A DNA stretch of 64,000 nt from Podarcis vaucheri (taxonomy: Eukaryota), in assembly GCA_965113315.1 (NCBI GenBank), contig OZ220366.1; one strand, 5' to 3'. The translations under genes and the position numbers were made by a program. This document shows positions 1-15,400 of this stretch, in pieces; position 1 is the stretch's first letter, and each line of letters opens with the position of its first letter. The notes beneath the pieces are model-generated. The model was given only the letters and a program-made list of their open reading frames with translations, did no database searches and was not told the origin of the DNA.

Positions 1-276
1 GCTGAGGAATAGCTCTGGGGAAAAACCAACCAACAATCTTTTCCCTTGCAGCTGTGGGATCACGGAAAAATTGGTAGTGGTGGGTAGCTGTCTTCCAGAG
101 AAGACTGTCCTGCATTAAGGGATCCCCAGAGCACAGACTGAAAACCACTGACTTAAGCTATTAATAACAATTTGTGCCGCATCATTAAGCCTTCAATGGG
201 CAAGAGTCAAGACTATTAAGTAAGTGCACGGACAGAACAACATGGACAAAGCCTTTAGGGTGAAACATCACATTAC

Positions 277-406
277 CTAAGTTGGCATACATCACAAACA
301 AGTTGAAATATTGCTGCAAATGGCGCCCGTGCTCTGACACTTCCCTTCGAAGAAGATTCAGTACTGCTCTCAGCAAATGGTCACTCAAACTTAAATTGTC
401 ATAGGC
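277..406 (-). CDS. USP9X: USP9X exon 38 (130 nt)
   Basis: [43 protein letters not shown]; TAG acceptor, GTAATG donor. Confidence 0.95.
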
Positions 407-429
407 CTACAAAACAACACAAAGGTTGA

Positions 430-480
<51 letters not shown>

Positions 481-3400
481 ACATGTAAAGCTGCTTCACT
501 ACAGCCTATTAAAAGACCAGCTGAACGTAAATTCTCAAACCAGAATGAAATGCAACTTTTATTGTTTAATTATCAGAACTAATGATATCAAATTCCTGAA
601 CTATTCATCGTATCAAATTTCTGTGATTAAAATGTTTTATCCTATACTGAATAATAGAGGAATGTATCACACATTACTTAGCAGATTAAGCTGGGAGAGG
701 CAGGGGTACTAAATATGAGACCAATTCAAACAGTAACCTTCAGGAAGATAGTCAAGAACTTAGGAGAAAGACCAAATAAATAAATAATTCTGAAACCAGG
801 GGTGGGAAATTGTTTTGAGCCCAAGGCTTGCAACTTCCTCACCACCAAACTTCCAAGGGTCTGGCTTCTCTCACCCTGCCCCTTGCTGCAAGGTATAGCT
901 GGCTTCTCTTACAGTTCCCAATGGAACGGCTGCTTCTTGAGTGCTTGGGTGTCTAAAGATAGCCGAGCACAGGTGATTATCACCGAATACTCTTGGAGTG
1001 ACAGTTTACTTGGGAATTACAATAAAAGTGACATGTAGTGCCTCAAAGCAAGGAGCAATTAAATTTTGCAGAAGTGGTGGAGGAAGCCAGGAGGAGAAGC
1101 AGTGAGCAATGGTGTTTCCTCGCCCAAGCAGCAACACTTCTGTGGCCACAAAACGTGTTGGGGGTTTGCAGGTCACATAAAAAGCCTTTGTGGGTCAACA
1201 GTTCCCCACCCTGTGCTAAATGGAGATTATACAAAAATTCTATTAAATCAATTTATATTTAGACTATATAGAATTTAACAGCTCTCTACTATTGTATTCT
1301 GATTGTAGAAAAAGCATACCTGACTAGAAGGTCCAGGTGAAGCAAAAGGTGAAGGACATGGTCCATCTTGCAATGAAAAATGTGCAATAAATACTATAAG
1401 TTTTGCAAATGCTCCCCTCACTTCAGCACTAGGGCATTCCAAAAGGTATTCGGAGAAGCGATTTGAAACATTGAAAAGGACATTGTGCGCAAACCAAAAA
1501 CGTACATTCTTGCTATGACGAAGGAGAATGCACAAAGCATCATACCTGGAAAAAAATAAATTAACGGCATCACATACCCAGAAAACAGACTTGTGTATAA
1601 AGGTGGACACTTCAACTCTAGCACTATATGTTAGTAGTAGGAGCCTTGTTAACCATGATTAATATGAACCAGGATTCCTTATTAACCCAAGTTTTAACCA
1701 AATTAAAAACAACTAGAAACAGTGGTTTTGAGGCTCAGTTTCAATGCACTGTTATTTCACATTCTGAATGATTAAATTGTACCATATAATCAGTACAATA
1801 AAACTTATGACTGTCAAATTCTTCTTAAAGGCAAATATACCAGTCACTGGCAGGACCACGGACAATTTTCTTTGTGTGAAATCCTGTGGTAAAGAGAAAC
1901 CTAGCAGCAAGCTGAACACCAATCATGGTTATTTCTTCTGCTTCAGGCAATAGATGATCCTGACCTAAAGGAAAACAGAAGACAAAATGTTAAGAAATTT
2001 ATTTGAAAGTGATACAACAGATAATTCCGGGTTGTTTGTCAACCTGACTCTCAATATAAATCTTAAATTATTAGAAAATTATTTTATTTTATGTAAACCT
2101 CTCAGAGATTTCTTTTTATATTAAGTGGTATATAAATTTTATTTTTAAAAAAACCAGGAAAGATATTTAAGAGAATTCAGTACTCAAACTTAAGTTGTCA
2201 GCCAGCATTGCTAAACATTTTTTCTTGTGATCTATAAAACGGTTGGACTTACAGACCACAGCACTTTAATTAGACACCAGTATCTTTTTTGTTGCATTTA
2301 TCGGCCAAATACGTTTTTTAAACAAATGTAAATAATGCTTAATACCAAGGAAACAGCAACCTTCTCTTTTCTATCACTCTTACATATTAGAAAATGCCTG
2401 AGGAATAATAGTCTCTTATCCAAATTTGTAATGTTTAAAATGATACACAAAAATATGAGAAATGTTAAAAGCTATGTACTTTCACTACCTCCTGTCAAAA
2501 TATATTATAAATATCCAAACACTAACCTGGAGGAGGATTTAGATAGACACTGTTACAAGTCAGTAATTTCTTTATGAACTGGAAATATTCTAGGCTGTAC
2601 TGCATTCGGTTATGCATGAACTGGACATTTTGCTTCCGTACACTTCGCTCAATGGCAGATGGCATTTTAATTTGATGGGGTTTAGTGGTCATTGTAAGTT
2701 CTGAAATATATTTTATTAGTTCATTGTCTCTGTCTACTGTGTCCATGCGTTCATAAAAGAGAATGTAAGCATTCCACCACCTCTTCTGACGTCTGTAAGA
2801 CATGCGCTTCATCATATGGTCAAATACTTCTCCCATGTACTCGCCACCAAAACACTGATTTTTCATTTCTTCATCATCATCCATTTTGCATTCTGTTACG
2901 TCACCATCATCAAATTTATACCACCTGTTTTTCTCACCATCTCCACCATTTCTCTGAATTATGTAAGAGTAGTAATGTCCACCACTGGCTTGACCACTGT
3001 GCACCAATACACCAACAAGTCTGTATTTAGTACTTCCAGAATGTTCATTTTCAGACTGTTCGTTCTGTATCAGCTGATTTTCAGGATTTACATCATCCCC
3101 TTCTAATTTAGCTACTCCTGCCACTGTATAAGGTTCCATGTCCAACTCTCGCGGAAATTCAAAATAGTCATTGAACTTGATTGCACATTCCCTTTCCCAG
3201 TCATAGTCAAATCGTTTTAGTTGGATGGCAAGAACTGGGGGCAACTTTTTAATTAGCAAGCGTTTAACTGTATCAACCTAAGGAATAAAAGATTCACATG
3301 TTAATGTATTCTATCTGTGTAAATTATCAATGCCAACTACAAATGCAAGTGAAAAATATTGCCACAATTCTTGTCAAAGTGCTATAATATACCAAGTATA

Positions 3401-6400
3401 TATCAATATATTATGCATTGCATATCACAGACAAATTTGATATAATACTGAAAAGATTGGTTTGCAGCTTTAGCAGTCCTTCCTGAATTGTGGTTATGAA
3501 GTATGTAACTGTAACTCTCAGTTCTCCTACACAATGAAGCCATTTAAAATGTTTCAGGCATGGCCAAACGTGGTCCTCCAGCTGTTTTGGAACTACACCT
3601 CCCATTATCCCTAGCTAACATGACCAAGTTTGGCCATGCCTGCATTAGGTCTTCCAAAATTAAATAAATAGTTGACAGGTTCATATGAATTTTCAAAGTT
3701 TTTTTTTATAAAAAGAGAAAAAGAAAAAATGCTGTATTTCAGTTACCTTCTTGTTGCATTTTTCACAATGATATGCATTTGCACCTTCCAGTAAGTCTCC
3801 CTTGACGTACTGTTCCAAAGAGTCAAGCAGGTTTTGGTGATTTCTTATATCTACATTCAGCGTTGTAAAAGATTCTTCACATTCGTACCTATTAATTGTT
3901 GGCAGATTAGGTTAAGTTATGCTGACACAGTATGAATTCAAGAAAATATTTTCATCCTGAAGCAATGTTTTGAAAACAGTACCAAAAATGTGTATTTTAA
4001 GTGTACAAAACGCTCAAGAAATCTGTTCCATAGAGGTTATAAATAGGCTTATGACATTTTTTTCTCAACTGTCTCAGAACAACTTTATCAGTCCTGAAAA
4101 ATAGCAATAGACACGAGTGGATGATGACCAGCACCAAGACCTTCCTATCAGTACCCACAACTGTAATGTGTGAACAAGCCAAGGAGCAAGTCAGTCTCTG
4201 AATCTGGACTTAAACTTTGGTAGGGAGTATTGTACATCTTAATCTGAAAATGTAAAATATCATAAAGTCTAGTATTTTGAATACACTTAAGGAACATTTA
4301 GGGTGCTTCACTATTATTTAACATTTACACAGCATCAGCTTTCAAAAAAGCATTTTGAAATTTTACTCTAGATATAGTACCGTACTTATTTTGATCATAT
4401 TACAAATTCATTCTCCAGTTGCCTTTTGTAACCAAAACAGCACAATCCATGTACAATAGGGAGATATTACAGGCTCTAAAAATGACTTTAGGACAAAACT
4501 CTTTAAGGGGCGGGGGGGGGGGACGACCCGAATTAATAAGGTCTAATAAGATCACAAACTATGAGCATCTTGGGGTGGGTGGTGGGTGGGTGCGAAATGA
4601 AGTATCCTGGATAAAGGCATGTCTGGCTGGCACCAGAAGAGGAGTGCTCCATATTGCACCATTTTGTTGCAAGTCCATCTTGTCAAACCAAATGACAAAC
4701 GTTAAGTGTGGGCTCACAAAAGCATGTTGCCTTGAGAGTCAGCAGCCATAGCCATAGAGTTGCCTAGGCTTCTCTGGGGATATCAGCACGAACCAGGCTA
4801 TACTCAGATATGTAACTGATATGTAACATCTGGTGATTGCCGTCTTAATTACATCAGAAAATGTGTGTCTTGCTATCATAGAGCTGACTCTGAATTTTTT
4901 TTGAAACTTTGGTTGATAACTTTCCTCAACATGGCTCAGAACGTTACATCAGCTGTATTTAGAGTAACTTGCTAATATGAACCACTCCTAAATGGTCTCT
5001 GTACTTTTCCATAAATGGGAGACTTGTAGCATATTTTTAGTGGATGAGCATTATTACTTTGATTTTATGAAAATGAGATGATAGAGAAGAAACACTTACC
5101 TATGTGGGCAGCCTTGACAGATCTTCTGATCAGCAAAGGAGCCTCCCAAAACTTTACTTAACATTGCTGGGTGACCCAAGGCTTTTAAAGCTTCATCTAG
5201 GCTATCCACCAAGGAGTTAAAAAATTCTAAAGCATCATGCTGTTCACGTAGGTTTACAGGCTCACCCCAGAGTCTAGGATGGAAGAGTTTCTCATAATAA
5301 AAGCACACAGATTTTCTAACAGCAAAATCAAGTAGCATGAAAAAATTAAAGTAGTTTTACATCACTATTATATAAATTTATCGTCATATAAGCTGAGCAT
5401 TACAATTAGCTAGCAATCCTCATAAGTGCTGCACAGCTCTTAAAATATGTAACCTAGTACTCTGGCTTACTCGGGGTGGCACTCAGCATACACAGATAGC
5501 AGACTGGCGGTGCCCATTTGGGGAACCACAAATTGAACTCCGATAGACAAATCACTTTGCACTGCCTTCCCCTTATTGAGGTGAGGGAGGGGCAATGTGA
5601 AAAGTATTCTCAAAACTGGATGAACTCTGAAACTGGGGGGGGTGGGAATGACCCGGCTCTAGTTCAAATATAAAAAGACTAAATGTTCAGCGTGGTAGAG
5701 ATATGAGCCTTAAGGCCCTGGAACCATTACTGTTTACCTGGGCCTGAAACTTGGGCTCTTAGTCAAGTGCTCCAGTCACCTCCTCCACCAGTAGACCACT
5801 CTCATGAGTGGGGCTTGCTCATATAGAAATGTATAAGCCTAAGTTCCATTTCACACTGAAGACTTTTGCCTATTGTAGAGCAGGGTAAATATGGCTTGTT
5901 CTTGCCATATTTACACCCTACACAGAGGAACACAGGAAGCTGCCTTATACTGAGTCAGTCCACTGGTCCATCTAACATACTTGTCTACACTGACTGGCAG
6001 CAGCTCTCCAGGGTTTCAGGCTAAGGTCTCTCCCAGCTGTACCTGGAGATGCCAGGGATCAAACCTGGGGCCTGTATACAAACCAGGTGCTCTTACCCCT
6101 CAGCTATGGCCCTTCCACTCAGCCCATGTCTGAACTAGCCCAATATTTTCATCTATGCAGTGATTTTGGGGTTTCCTGACCTTGCCTTCTGCATGATTAA
6201 AAAGATACACATCACACTGTCACTTAAGGAGTATATATTAAATTCCACTGCATTTCATTAAACATATACTGTTTCTATCGTAAGACTTCACATAAACACA
6301 GTTCAACGTAAGTTAATTTCCTATTTACCTGAATTGCTTCCAAAACCCTCTGGGTACATAGTACTGTAACCTAGAAGCTGCTAAATGACCAAAGATGACC

Positions 6401-9400
6401 TGGAGATGTCTTAATACGCCTATGTTGTATTCTTTTCTGTCTTCTGTTTTACTTAAGCTTGGTTTATCTTCATACTGATGTGGATAGCCAAATACTTCAT
6501 CCCGTGGGTCAACATTGCTCTTTTAAAAAAGTAATGTAATATAAATGGTAAGCATGAAAAAATAAATAGAAATTAATATGCCTTATGAACAAAACCTAGT
6601 AATGTCTGCTAGAGAAATAATAGTAGTAGCTCAGATTAAATGCAAGTACATATGAAACCCTATGAAGGTTCTAATCTCAACTAAAGCAGTTCAGTTCCAA
6701 AGTCCAGGTGGGCAACCTAAAGATTCTCATAAGTAAGCAACAGGATTGTTCAGCTTGCGATTTTTACAGATATGGAAACAGACATCAGTCTTTTCCAATT
6801 ACTTTTTTCAGTAAGTCCAAAACACCATGACTTTGCCATGTATAGGAAGCTCCTCCTACCCTTGTGAGAGGCTTTTCAAAGGACTAGAAAGCCATCTTGC
6901 ACCCACTTACTTCCACCTATGTATGTGAACATCTATACTCATGTACAAAAACAAGACTCATGAGAAGCAGCCCTCATGGTTTTTTTTTTTTTTTACTCTT
7001 TTTTCAGATTAAATACAATCAAGGTGATTTATTGTCATTATACTTTTATCCCATTACCCATTATAATTGACCCTTATTACTAAATCTCATATACCGAAAA
7101 GGTGGAAATGTTACTTTAATTAATAACAACCACCAAAGAGTTACTGTTATTACTTATTGACAACAATAAGTGTCTTATGGCACTTTAAAGACTAACAAAA
7201 AGCTTCTGCCGTAATCAATATGCTAGTCTTTAAGGCGTTGTAAGACTGTTTTTGCTTAAGAAAACTAGCACATCAATTCTTCAAAAATTGCTACATTTTA
7301 TTGAAATTACGCTTTCTACAGCTATCAATGTAAAAGAAAATTACAGATTAAGTAATGAAAAAGCTAAATAAAATGTACCACTAACATTATTAAAGAATAG
7401 TTCCAAAAATAAATTGAACTACTCTGAATATGACCTTACTTGGGTGTCACTCAATGGGTTGAGATCTTTGTGTTTAATTAAACAATAAAAAGCAGCATGG
7501 GACTACCAACTTTTGATTGCTTATTTACAGCAGTATCAGTTGTTTTGATACTGGGCATTCTATTGTGTTGCACCAGTTTGGAATTGTTCTCCGGTTTTCA
7601 CAAATAGTATCACATTATGGTCTCTCTCCCCCCCCCCACCAGTGGCCATAAATTCCCCTTTCTTTCTCTTTAAGTCATTATCAATTCTGAGTATGCGTAA
7701 AGTTGAATATCTCCCATTATAACTAGATATACAGTATAGAGCTATGGGAGGAGGGAAAGTCTTAAACTACATTAAAATTTGTCAAGAACAATATAGTGTT
7801 ACCTCGTTGTCTTGCTTCTCATCTCCAGACATATCATCATCTACGTCACTTCCTGTGCCTTCAATTGCAAGGATTCCATTCCTGATGGCAGGAATCATGT
7901 ACAGCTGCTGAATGACAGAATTCATGTAGCAAGTGGCACCTGCATTTTTTAGCCCTACAAATCCCTTTGGTGGTCGTGGTCCAACAGGTGGAAGATACTC
8001 CCATTCTGTTAGTGCTTCACAAGCTAGGAGAAATCAATTGTATTAGAAAATTAGCTCAGCTTCTGAATAAAACTATACACTTCTGAACAGCCATTAACTT
8101 AATACCCTAGTGCGGAATAAGTTCATTTGAAAGCCTGTTCCATTGATCAGGCTTACTAAGTATATATTCTTATTCCAGTCCTTGGCACACAAAATCTCAG
8201 ATTTGATATTTGCATTTAATCAAAATGAAGCCTACAATAAAAAGCAGCTAAAAATTGAGTACCCCTTAAATCAGGGATAGTCAACATGGTGCCCACCAAG
8301 TGTTTTGGACACTACACTGCCTACTCCTGTTTTAAATAATTATACTATTTAGAGATCACTAGCATTCTTGAGAGATTTGTAAATCTATTAGCTTGCTTAT
8401 ATTAGTCCTGTAAACAAATGGAACAGGACTCAAAGATCTATGGTGGGTTTTTGCAACAATGGGAACACCTCCTTCAATGCATTTTCCCTGCCCCCCCCCC
8501 AAAAAAAACCACACACACAACAACCTTAGACCACTGGGTGCCTCTGAAGCAGCCTCAGATGTCAGTAATATCCTTTATTGAAATGGAAAATCCTACTACA
8601 AATGTCTATGTCTATACAGGAACTGCTTCAATATGCAAAGCATGCATCCCAACCACAGATACTATTCTCTATGCATTTCATCTTAGGAATTATATTTAAT
8701 ATATCTGGCAAGTACTGCAAGGAAAAGACAAATGATTATATCCAATGTCAATTAGAATACTCAATGACATTAATGGACTTGTTACTTGTCACTGATTTCA
8801 AATGGGTCTACATCACTGGATATCAAACAAAATACCATTTTGGAAGAGCAAAAAGTATATGCAATTATTTGATTTCCAATAATGTCTAAAGCCTGACAAA
8901 TATTTAAATCAATATAAGCTTCATATTAAATAGAGCATAAAATCTATGAAAAGTACTTACTAGTTATTGCGGTGCCTATATAATACATTTCAGTCAAAGT
9001 ATCTACTATTTGTTTGAGATTTCGGACACAGCCCACTGCAAGTGCTACTAGCAACTCAAATCCAGCATTTATGGTAGCTGGTGAACTACAGACTGGTATG
9101 GCCTGCTCAGCGGGCAATTCTCCATTCCTCATGTACTGTAAGTAAACATTTGAGGCTGGAAAGATGAAATCATCTATTAACTCCTGAAAAACAAAAAAGG
9201 GAAAGCGAAAAAAATCAAGTTATCCATAATTTTATTGCCTTTTATATACTGCTTTTAATTCAAAACAGCAAACTGGTCAACACATAAACAATTAAAATAC
9301 ACAATGAGAAATACATTAAAAAATTACAAACACATCTCATAACTTCAAACAACAGCAAGATAATACAATCCAATAGATTATTCCACAACTCAAAAAGATT

Positions 9401-12400
9401 CAAAATCCAGTAAGAAAGCCTGAGTGAAGAGTTTATGTGCTGTCAAAGTGTTTACTGATGATGCTAGACACACCTCCAGAGGAAGGTGAGAAGGCCCTTG
9501 CCTGGGTCTCACTCAGAAGCAGCAGCAGTCAGAAAAGGGCCCCCTCCAAAGATCTTAATGGCCTGTCTAACACATACAGGAAAATGTGTTCTATCACACA
9601 GGCAATACCTGAACCAGAATTACCTACCACCCCAAAATGTCTCATGACCTTTGGGGGTCAACTGCTAGAAGGAACGGAAGCCTGAACAAGGATTCCAAGG
9701 CAAAAAGGAAACCTAGCACCATTTTCCTGAGTCTAAGAAACAGCCCACTTGCCCTCAATAATTTACATACACCCACTCCTAGCCCTTCCAATCCTTTAGC
9801 CATGCTCCAGCATGATCACAATTCATAGGAAATGTTTTTAAAAACCCACAATGGGTAGCACACTGAATTGAGCCAATCTATTACTGTAATGCTAAATCAT
9901 GCAACTCTGCCTGCCCTGGGCAATACCTCAATGAAGTCCTTCCTCACATTAAACTGAGAAATTCTGAATTCCAGCTTTATCTCACAGTATAATCCATCAT
10001 TCACTCTTGCCTTTTATTTGTTAAAAAGTGGGTTTCTCACAAGATTATCAGCAGCAATTTTATGATGGACTGAATTCGTACATTTCTATAAAAACTATTT
10101 CCTGCTCTCCTAAAAATTATTCAAATTTAATTAAATCTATATGCTTGTTTACAAGTTCCTCCTTACCAAGCTACTTCATTATGATTTTAGTTTTTTCCAT
10201 ATAGCAATTACTTACTTTAATGAGATTAGCACCTCCTTTTTCACATCCAATATGGTACTTTTTTTCAGGAGTTTGAAATGCCAATAATTCCTTTGTTACT
10301 CCAAGGTGACCTTCTAAGATAGTCTCCTCTACACCTGTTTCTCCTGTTCTTTTCACTTCATCCTAACAAAAGAAAAGAAAAAGAAAGAAAAAACACTGTG
10401 TCACAAGTTCTGGGAACTCACTTTAAAATGAAAATATATACTGCTACAACTCATTACAAATATGCTCCCACCTTTCTGTCTTATAAACATGGCAGCTAAA
10501 ACATAAATGTTAACAGATAAAATGATCAGTAAAATGAATAAAACTAACAACAAAACTTACCCTAATCCTTTTAAGCCAGTCTATTTCATTATTAAGCAGA
10601 ACTTCAGCATTGGGCACATTAATATTACTATTGTATGCATAATTAAGAAGATGTCTTAATAGAGTAAAGTAGTCTCCTGAATGCTTAGCACGTTCTCGTG
10701 CAGTACTCTGTAAGAGAAAGCGGTCATGAGTAAATTCGAAAAGGTGATTTACATTAACAGCAACACAGAATGTTTCTTAAAGAGTGGTGACCTCTTTAGT
10801 CCTTCTCCATCACTTGACAGGGAGAGGTGGGTCTTGTAAGCAAAGAAAGCATGGAGACTTCTCCAGCACACTGCCTTTACTTGACATTGGGGAGGAGATT
10901 TGCAAAAACCTTTGCAGATCTCCCCCCCCCCCTCCTTTCCCTTTTAAATACCTTATATTGCATGGACCTAGCTCCCATCTCTACTCTTCGCTCATTAGCT
11001 GATGTGGAGATTAAATCCTAATGTCTAGGCTGTGTGATCTTCTTCTCTGCTGGGACCAGGATCACACAACCAATGCAATATTGAATCCTGCCCTTTCACC
11101 CAAGTGCTGACATTGCTAGTGATGATGGCTGACGGTATGACAGTGGCCATGATTTGTGGGGGGGGGGGACCTGCTGGGCCAAATGGACCCCCTAGAAGAC
11201 CAAGATTAGCCTGTGGAACCAAGGTTCCCCACCCCCAATGTAGTTCAGAATTCTGTTCTCAAAGTTGGCCTATGCGACCAGATGGCCTATGCAAAGTCTC
11301 CAAGCATGATCTGAGTGCATATTGCACTGATAGCATGAATCCGTCTATTCCCCTTTTAAAACCATCCAAGTTGGTGGCCATCATAGTTTGCCTATGCTAT
11401 CCCTAACTAATGACCATGTGGGAGCTGATGAGAGTTGCAGTCCAACAATACCTGTAGTATCACAGGTTAGCCATCTGTCAAACAGTCGAAAAATGTAGAT
11501 TATAAATGTAACTGGAGATTTAAAGAAATTAACAAAACCACTGGGTTGCATCCAAAAGCAAGATTAATGTCAGCTGCCTCAACCCAAGTTTCAGCAATTC
11601 CGCCTCTCACTGTGCCCCACCAACGCACTCCAGACCTTTCATGAAGGTCCACCAACCCCCAAGAGGGACTTTTGGGGGCACAGAGGGGGGAAATGCCCTA
11701 CTGCGAAAGCAACCTTCTTTCTACATCAATTGGCTGCAACTCAAAGGGCTCCAATTCAAACCACCTTGAATGTTTTCATGTGTATACCGATTTGTGGACC
11801 TGGTTTCAAAGCTAGGAACAGCTCCAGTTGATTGTAGAATTAATCATGACACTGGTATCAGTGATAAAATGCTTGAGGCTCATAACACTGAATGTGGGGC
11901 TCAGAAGGAAAAGCAAATGCAATACATGATACTATCGTAATTTCTGTATTTCAAGTATTATCTGTTAACTGCACTGAGCTATTGGAAAGTATCTATAAAA
12001 ATCTATTACAGGAAATTCTTATAGACATTAGTGTAAGTAACAATGTGGAGTTTTAAATGCCTTACCCCTAAAACAGTGAACAACAGAGTTATAAAGAAAA
12101 GCAGAGGTCTCTGTCCCATACAACATCTGGTAGCCATTAGGAAGAATTGTTCCTGTGCCATCTGACGAACAGTTCTGGGGGGAAATTAACCAGAAAAAAA
12201 TCAAATTAATACAAATACTTTGTAAACAAAACAAATCTTAATTGAGATTTGCTGGACAGCTTCCCTGCATGTTTATCAGAAGGAGTGTCATTGCTTTTTC
12301 AGTTCCTAGGATTGAGGGAAGAGGAATTTAATTTGAAATGTACATTATGAAGGTGCTGTCAAATTCTAAAGAGACCATGGGAGATGCGGGTCTTCCAAGT

Positions 12401-15400
12401 AGCAGTGGGCATGCACAACTTGCATGTGTAGAAGGGTGACAAGCGAAGCTGTGTTTTGTGAAGGCACTTGAACCAAAAAGGACCAAATGCAATGACACTT
12501 AAAAGTTATTTAGTTGACAGAAAACAAAAACAAGAGCCTGAACACCAGATCCATAAAGGACAGGAGATCACCTGTCCTTTCTGATGAATGTTAAATGTAG
12601 AATCTGTGATAGCCCACAAATTGGTTCTGATAGTTTAGAATCAAGGATGTCCATCACATCTGTAACGTTTTGGGGAATGACAAATATAGGTATCTGAGAA
12701 TCATTCTTTAAGAGATAAAACATAGCCAGTTGTGGGCACACTTCATCTTCATGTTGAGAGAGTTTATGACATCATGATTGTTGCTGCTCTCCCCTGGCTT
12801 CTAGCTGAAAATCTAGATTCAATAGGTGGGATTGACCTAACCAGTCCTATCAGTGAAAGCTCTGTGCAATCACATTTGCTTGTACAGAAGGGCTTTTGCC
12901 TTTTCTTCCCCCACCCCCCTGTGCATCTCCTGATATTGGCTCAGAAAATGAAAATAAAAAACATCACCATACCACAGTTATAGTGATAGCCATTATGATC
13001 TAGAGATATACAAATGAAATCACAGCCCAGCAAGTGTACTTTGAATTGGGCATCTACAGTCACCTGCTGCCACCTGGAGTCAGCAACTGTGAGATGAAAA
13101 AAACCACTTACTTGCTGTGACAGTGCAACAACAAGTCAATGATAAATGTCTGCCAAGCTTTTTCTTTGCTAAGTGCATCCAGCGCTGTTGGAATCAAGGC
13201 AAAACAAAGGGTCATCACTTCGAGTGCTTCACAGCAAACTTGTTCATCTTCTGCATCTGGTTCATTGCCTGCATTTGTCTGTAAAATTAATCAGAAATAA
13301 GTGACATTAAACAGGTATGGAAGAGGAACTAATGATTTTCTTAACTGTTCCCTTCAGATACAAGCCAATACTGAGAACAAACATCTACTTACTACAACCT
13401 ACAGCCTGGGTAAGGCCTACAACTGAAACAGGGATTAATTGTAATAATGCGGTCTGTTATCTTATTTATAGCCACACATACAAACATCAATTCTGACACA
13501 ATGCTGAAATTATGTGAAAGGGGAAAGGCATTAGTGAAAAGGCGGGGGGAATATAGTAATAAATAAAAAATATTTTTAAAATTTATATCCCGCCCATCTG
13601 GCTGGGTTTCCCGAGCCACTCTGGGCAGCTTACAACATATATAAAAATGTAAAAAACATCAAAAAACAAAAAAATCCTATAAAAGCAACAACAAACCAAT
13701 AGATCAATAGAAATGAAAAAGAAGAAGACCCAAATTAAAATAACCACCAACCTCAACTAAAAGTTTTACCAACACCAACCCGAAACAAAACAAAACAGGG
13801 GAACCAAAATTAGAACTGTTTAAATCGTTTTAGCCAGTTGCCCCAACCCAAGAATTCTCCATCCACATAGGACTGTAAAAAGGCACTGAGACTGCTACGA
13901 AGTTATGCTTCAATGAGGTAACACTGAAGTGCTTTCTTAAAAGCTATAAAGGCATTCTCTCAACAAAAGTGCCAGCAAAGTAACTACCAACAATTTAACT
14001 CGGAAATCTATTAGATGAAAATTATTTAAAATCATATAAAAATGCTTACAATTTCTAAACAGGCCACTTGAAGTCTGAATTTCCTAGCATAGGCCTTATC
14101 AAAGATCAGTTTTAGAGAAAAGGTTGCTTAGGATTTCTTACCTTCTCGTAAATTTTACTAATATCCTCATTTGAACTGAATACCAGCTGTACTGATCCAC
14201 ATCCTGAAGCCCAAACTATTTTCTGCACTGCTCTAATAACACAAATATCAGGGATATATTTTGAAGCCTAAAAATAGAAAGATAGCATCAAATATAACTG
14301 TTCCAAATGTTTTTACTTCAGACAGGGAGAAAGAAGCATAGAGGGCAAGAGTAAAAAAAGCAAACACTTAATACATTTCCCACAAATCTGAATCCATGAG
14401 AGTCTATATTCTTGCACTGGAGGCTGAAGCTCATACCAAGTCCATGTGGCCCTCTACTGTCAACTTGGGAAGTGGTTCTCCAGGGTCTCTAGCCAAAGTC
14501 TCTCGCATCACCTACTACCATATATTTTTAAAATGGCACTGAGATTTATGAATGCAAAGTATGTGCTCCTCTCGAAAGGGACAGTATCCTGGCACAGGGA
14601 TACGAATCAGCAACTACAGAACCAGGAAGCGTTAAGGTGTGACCATATGCCACCAAGGAAGCTCCTTCTATTTTGCACACTAGAGACAAGCTTCCATTAA
14701 GGATATATAAGCAGCTGCTGAGGAAAGTACAGATTCTCCTCTCCCACTCCCCAAGTCACTGCCTTAAGCCTAAATCAGGAACTGTGGGAATAGTGAAAAT
14801 TATACTAACCTCATCAGATATTTGCTGTGCAAGGCGTATTGCTACATTTCTTAGCATGCACTCTGAGGTTGGGTTGGGAATGTTCTGTAGAGCAGTTTGC
14901 AACACGACTGCTTGATCATGAGTTGCTTGGTTGATCTGGAACGATTTATTTTCAATATTTTAAAGAAAGAACATACTATCTTCAACTGTAAAAATTTAAC
15001 ATGGTGGAGAAAAAATATATTTCCATAGCCATTTACAAATTAAGCAATACTAGTCAATATCAGACTTTAAATATTTACTGGTTATCAGATCACAATAAAG
15101 CATTTACGATTTTGCTTTAAGAACAAAGTTAACGTTACCTGTGACATTGGGCTTGTGCCCTCTACAACTGGCTGACAAGCTTCTGCCACAGCTCTCACAT
15201 GGCCATAGCCAATTGCAGTTAGCAATAGTTTTGCTATTTTTAGAGCATTTAGGTAGGCACCCCTTCTTGTTTCCATATCTGCATTTGGCAGGAAGTTATT
15301 TCTGGTCAGCATACTCAGCACAAGAGGTAAGCCACCACTTTTTAAGAAGTTGTACTGGAAGTCAGTGGCATCTTCTCCCAGAGGTAAATTGGCAGGCATT

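Noticed and set aside
2816-3106. + strand ORFs overlapping USP9X exons (also 15141-15461, 17103-17318, 27125-27307, 34511-34762)
   Set aside because: Shadow frames antisense to real coding exons.
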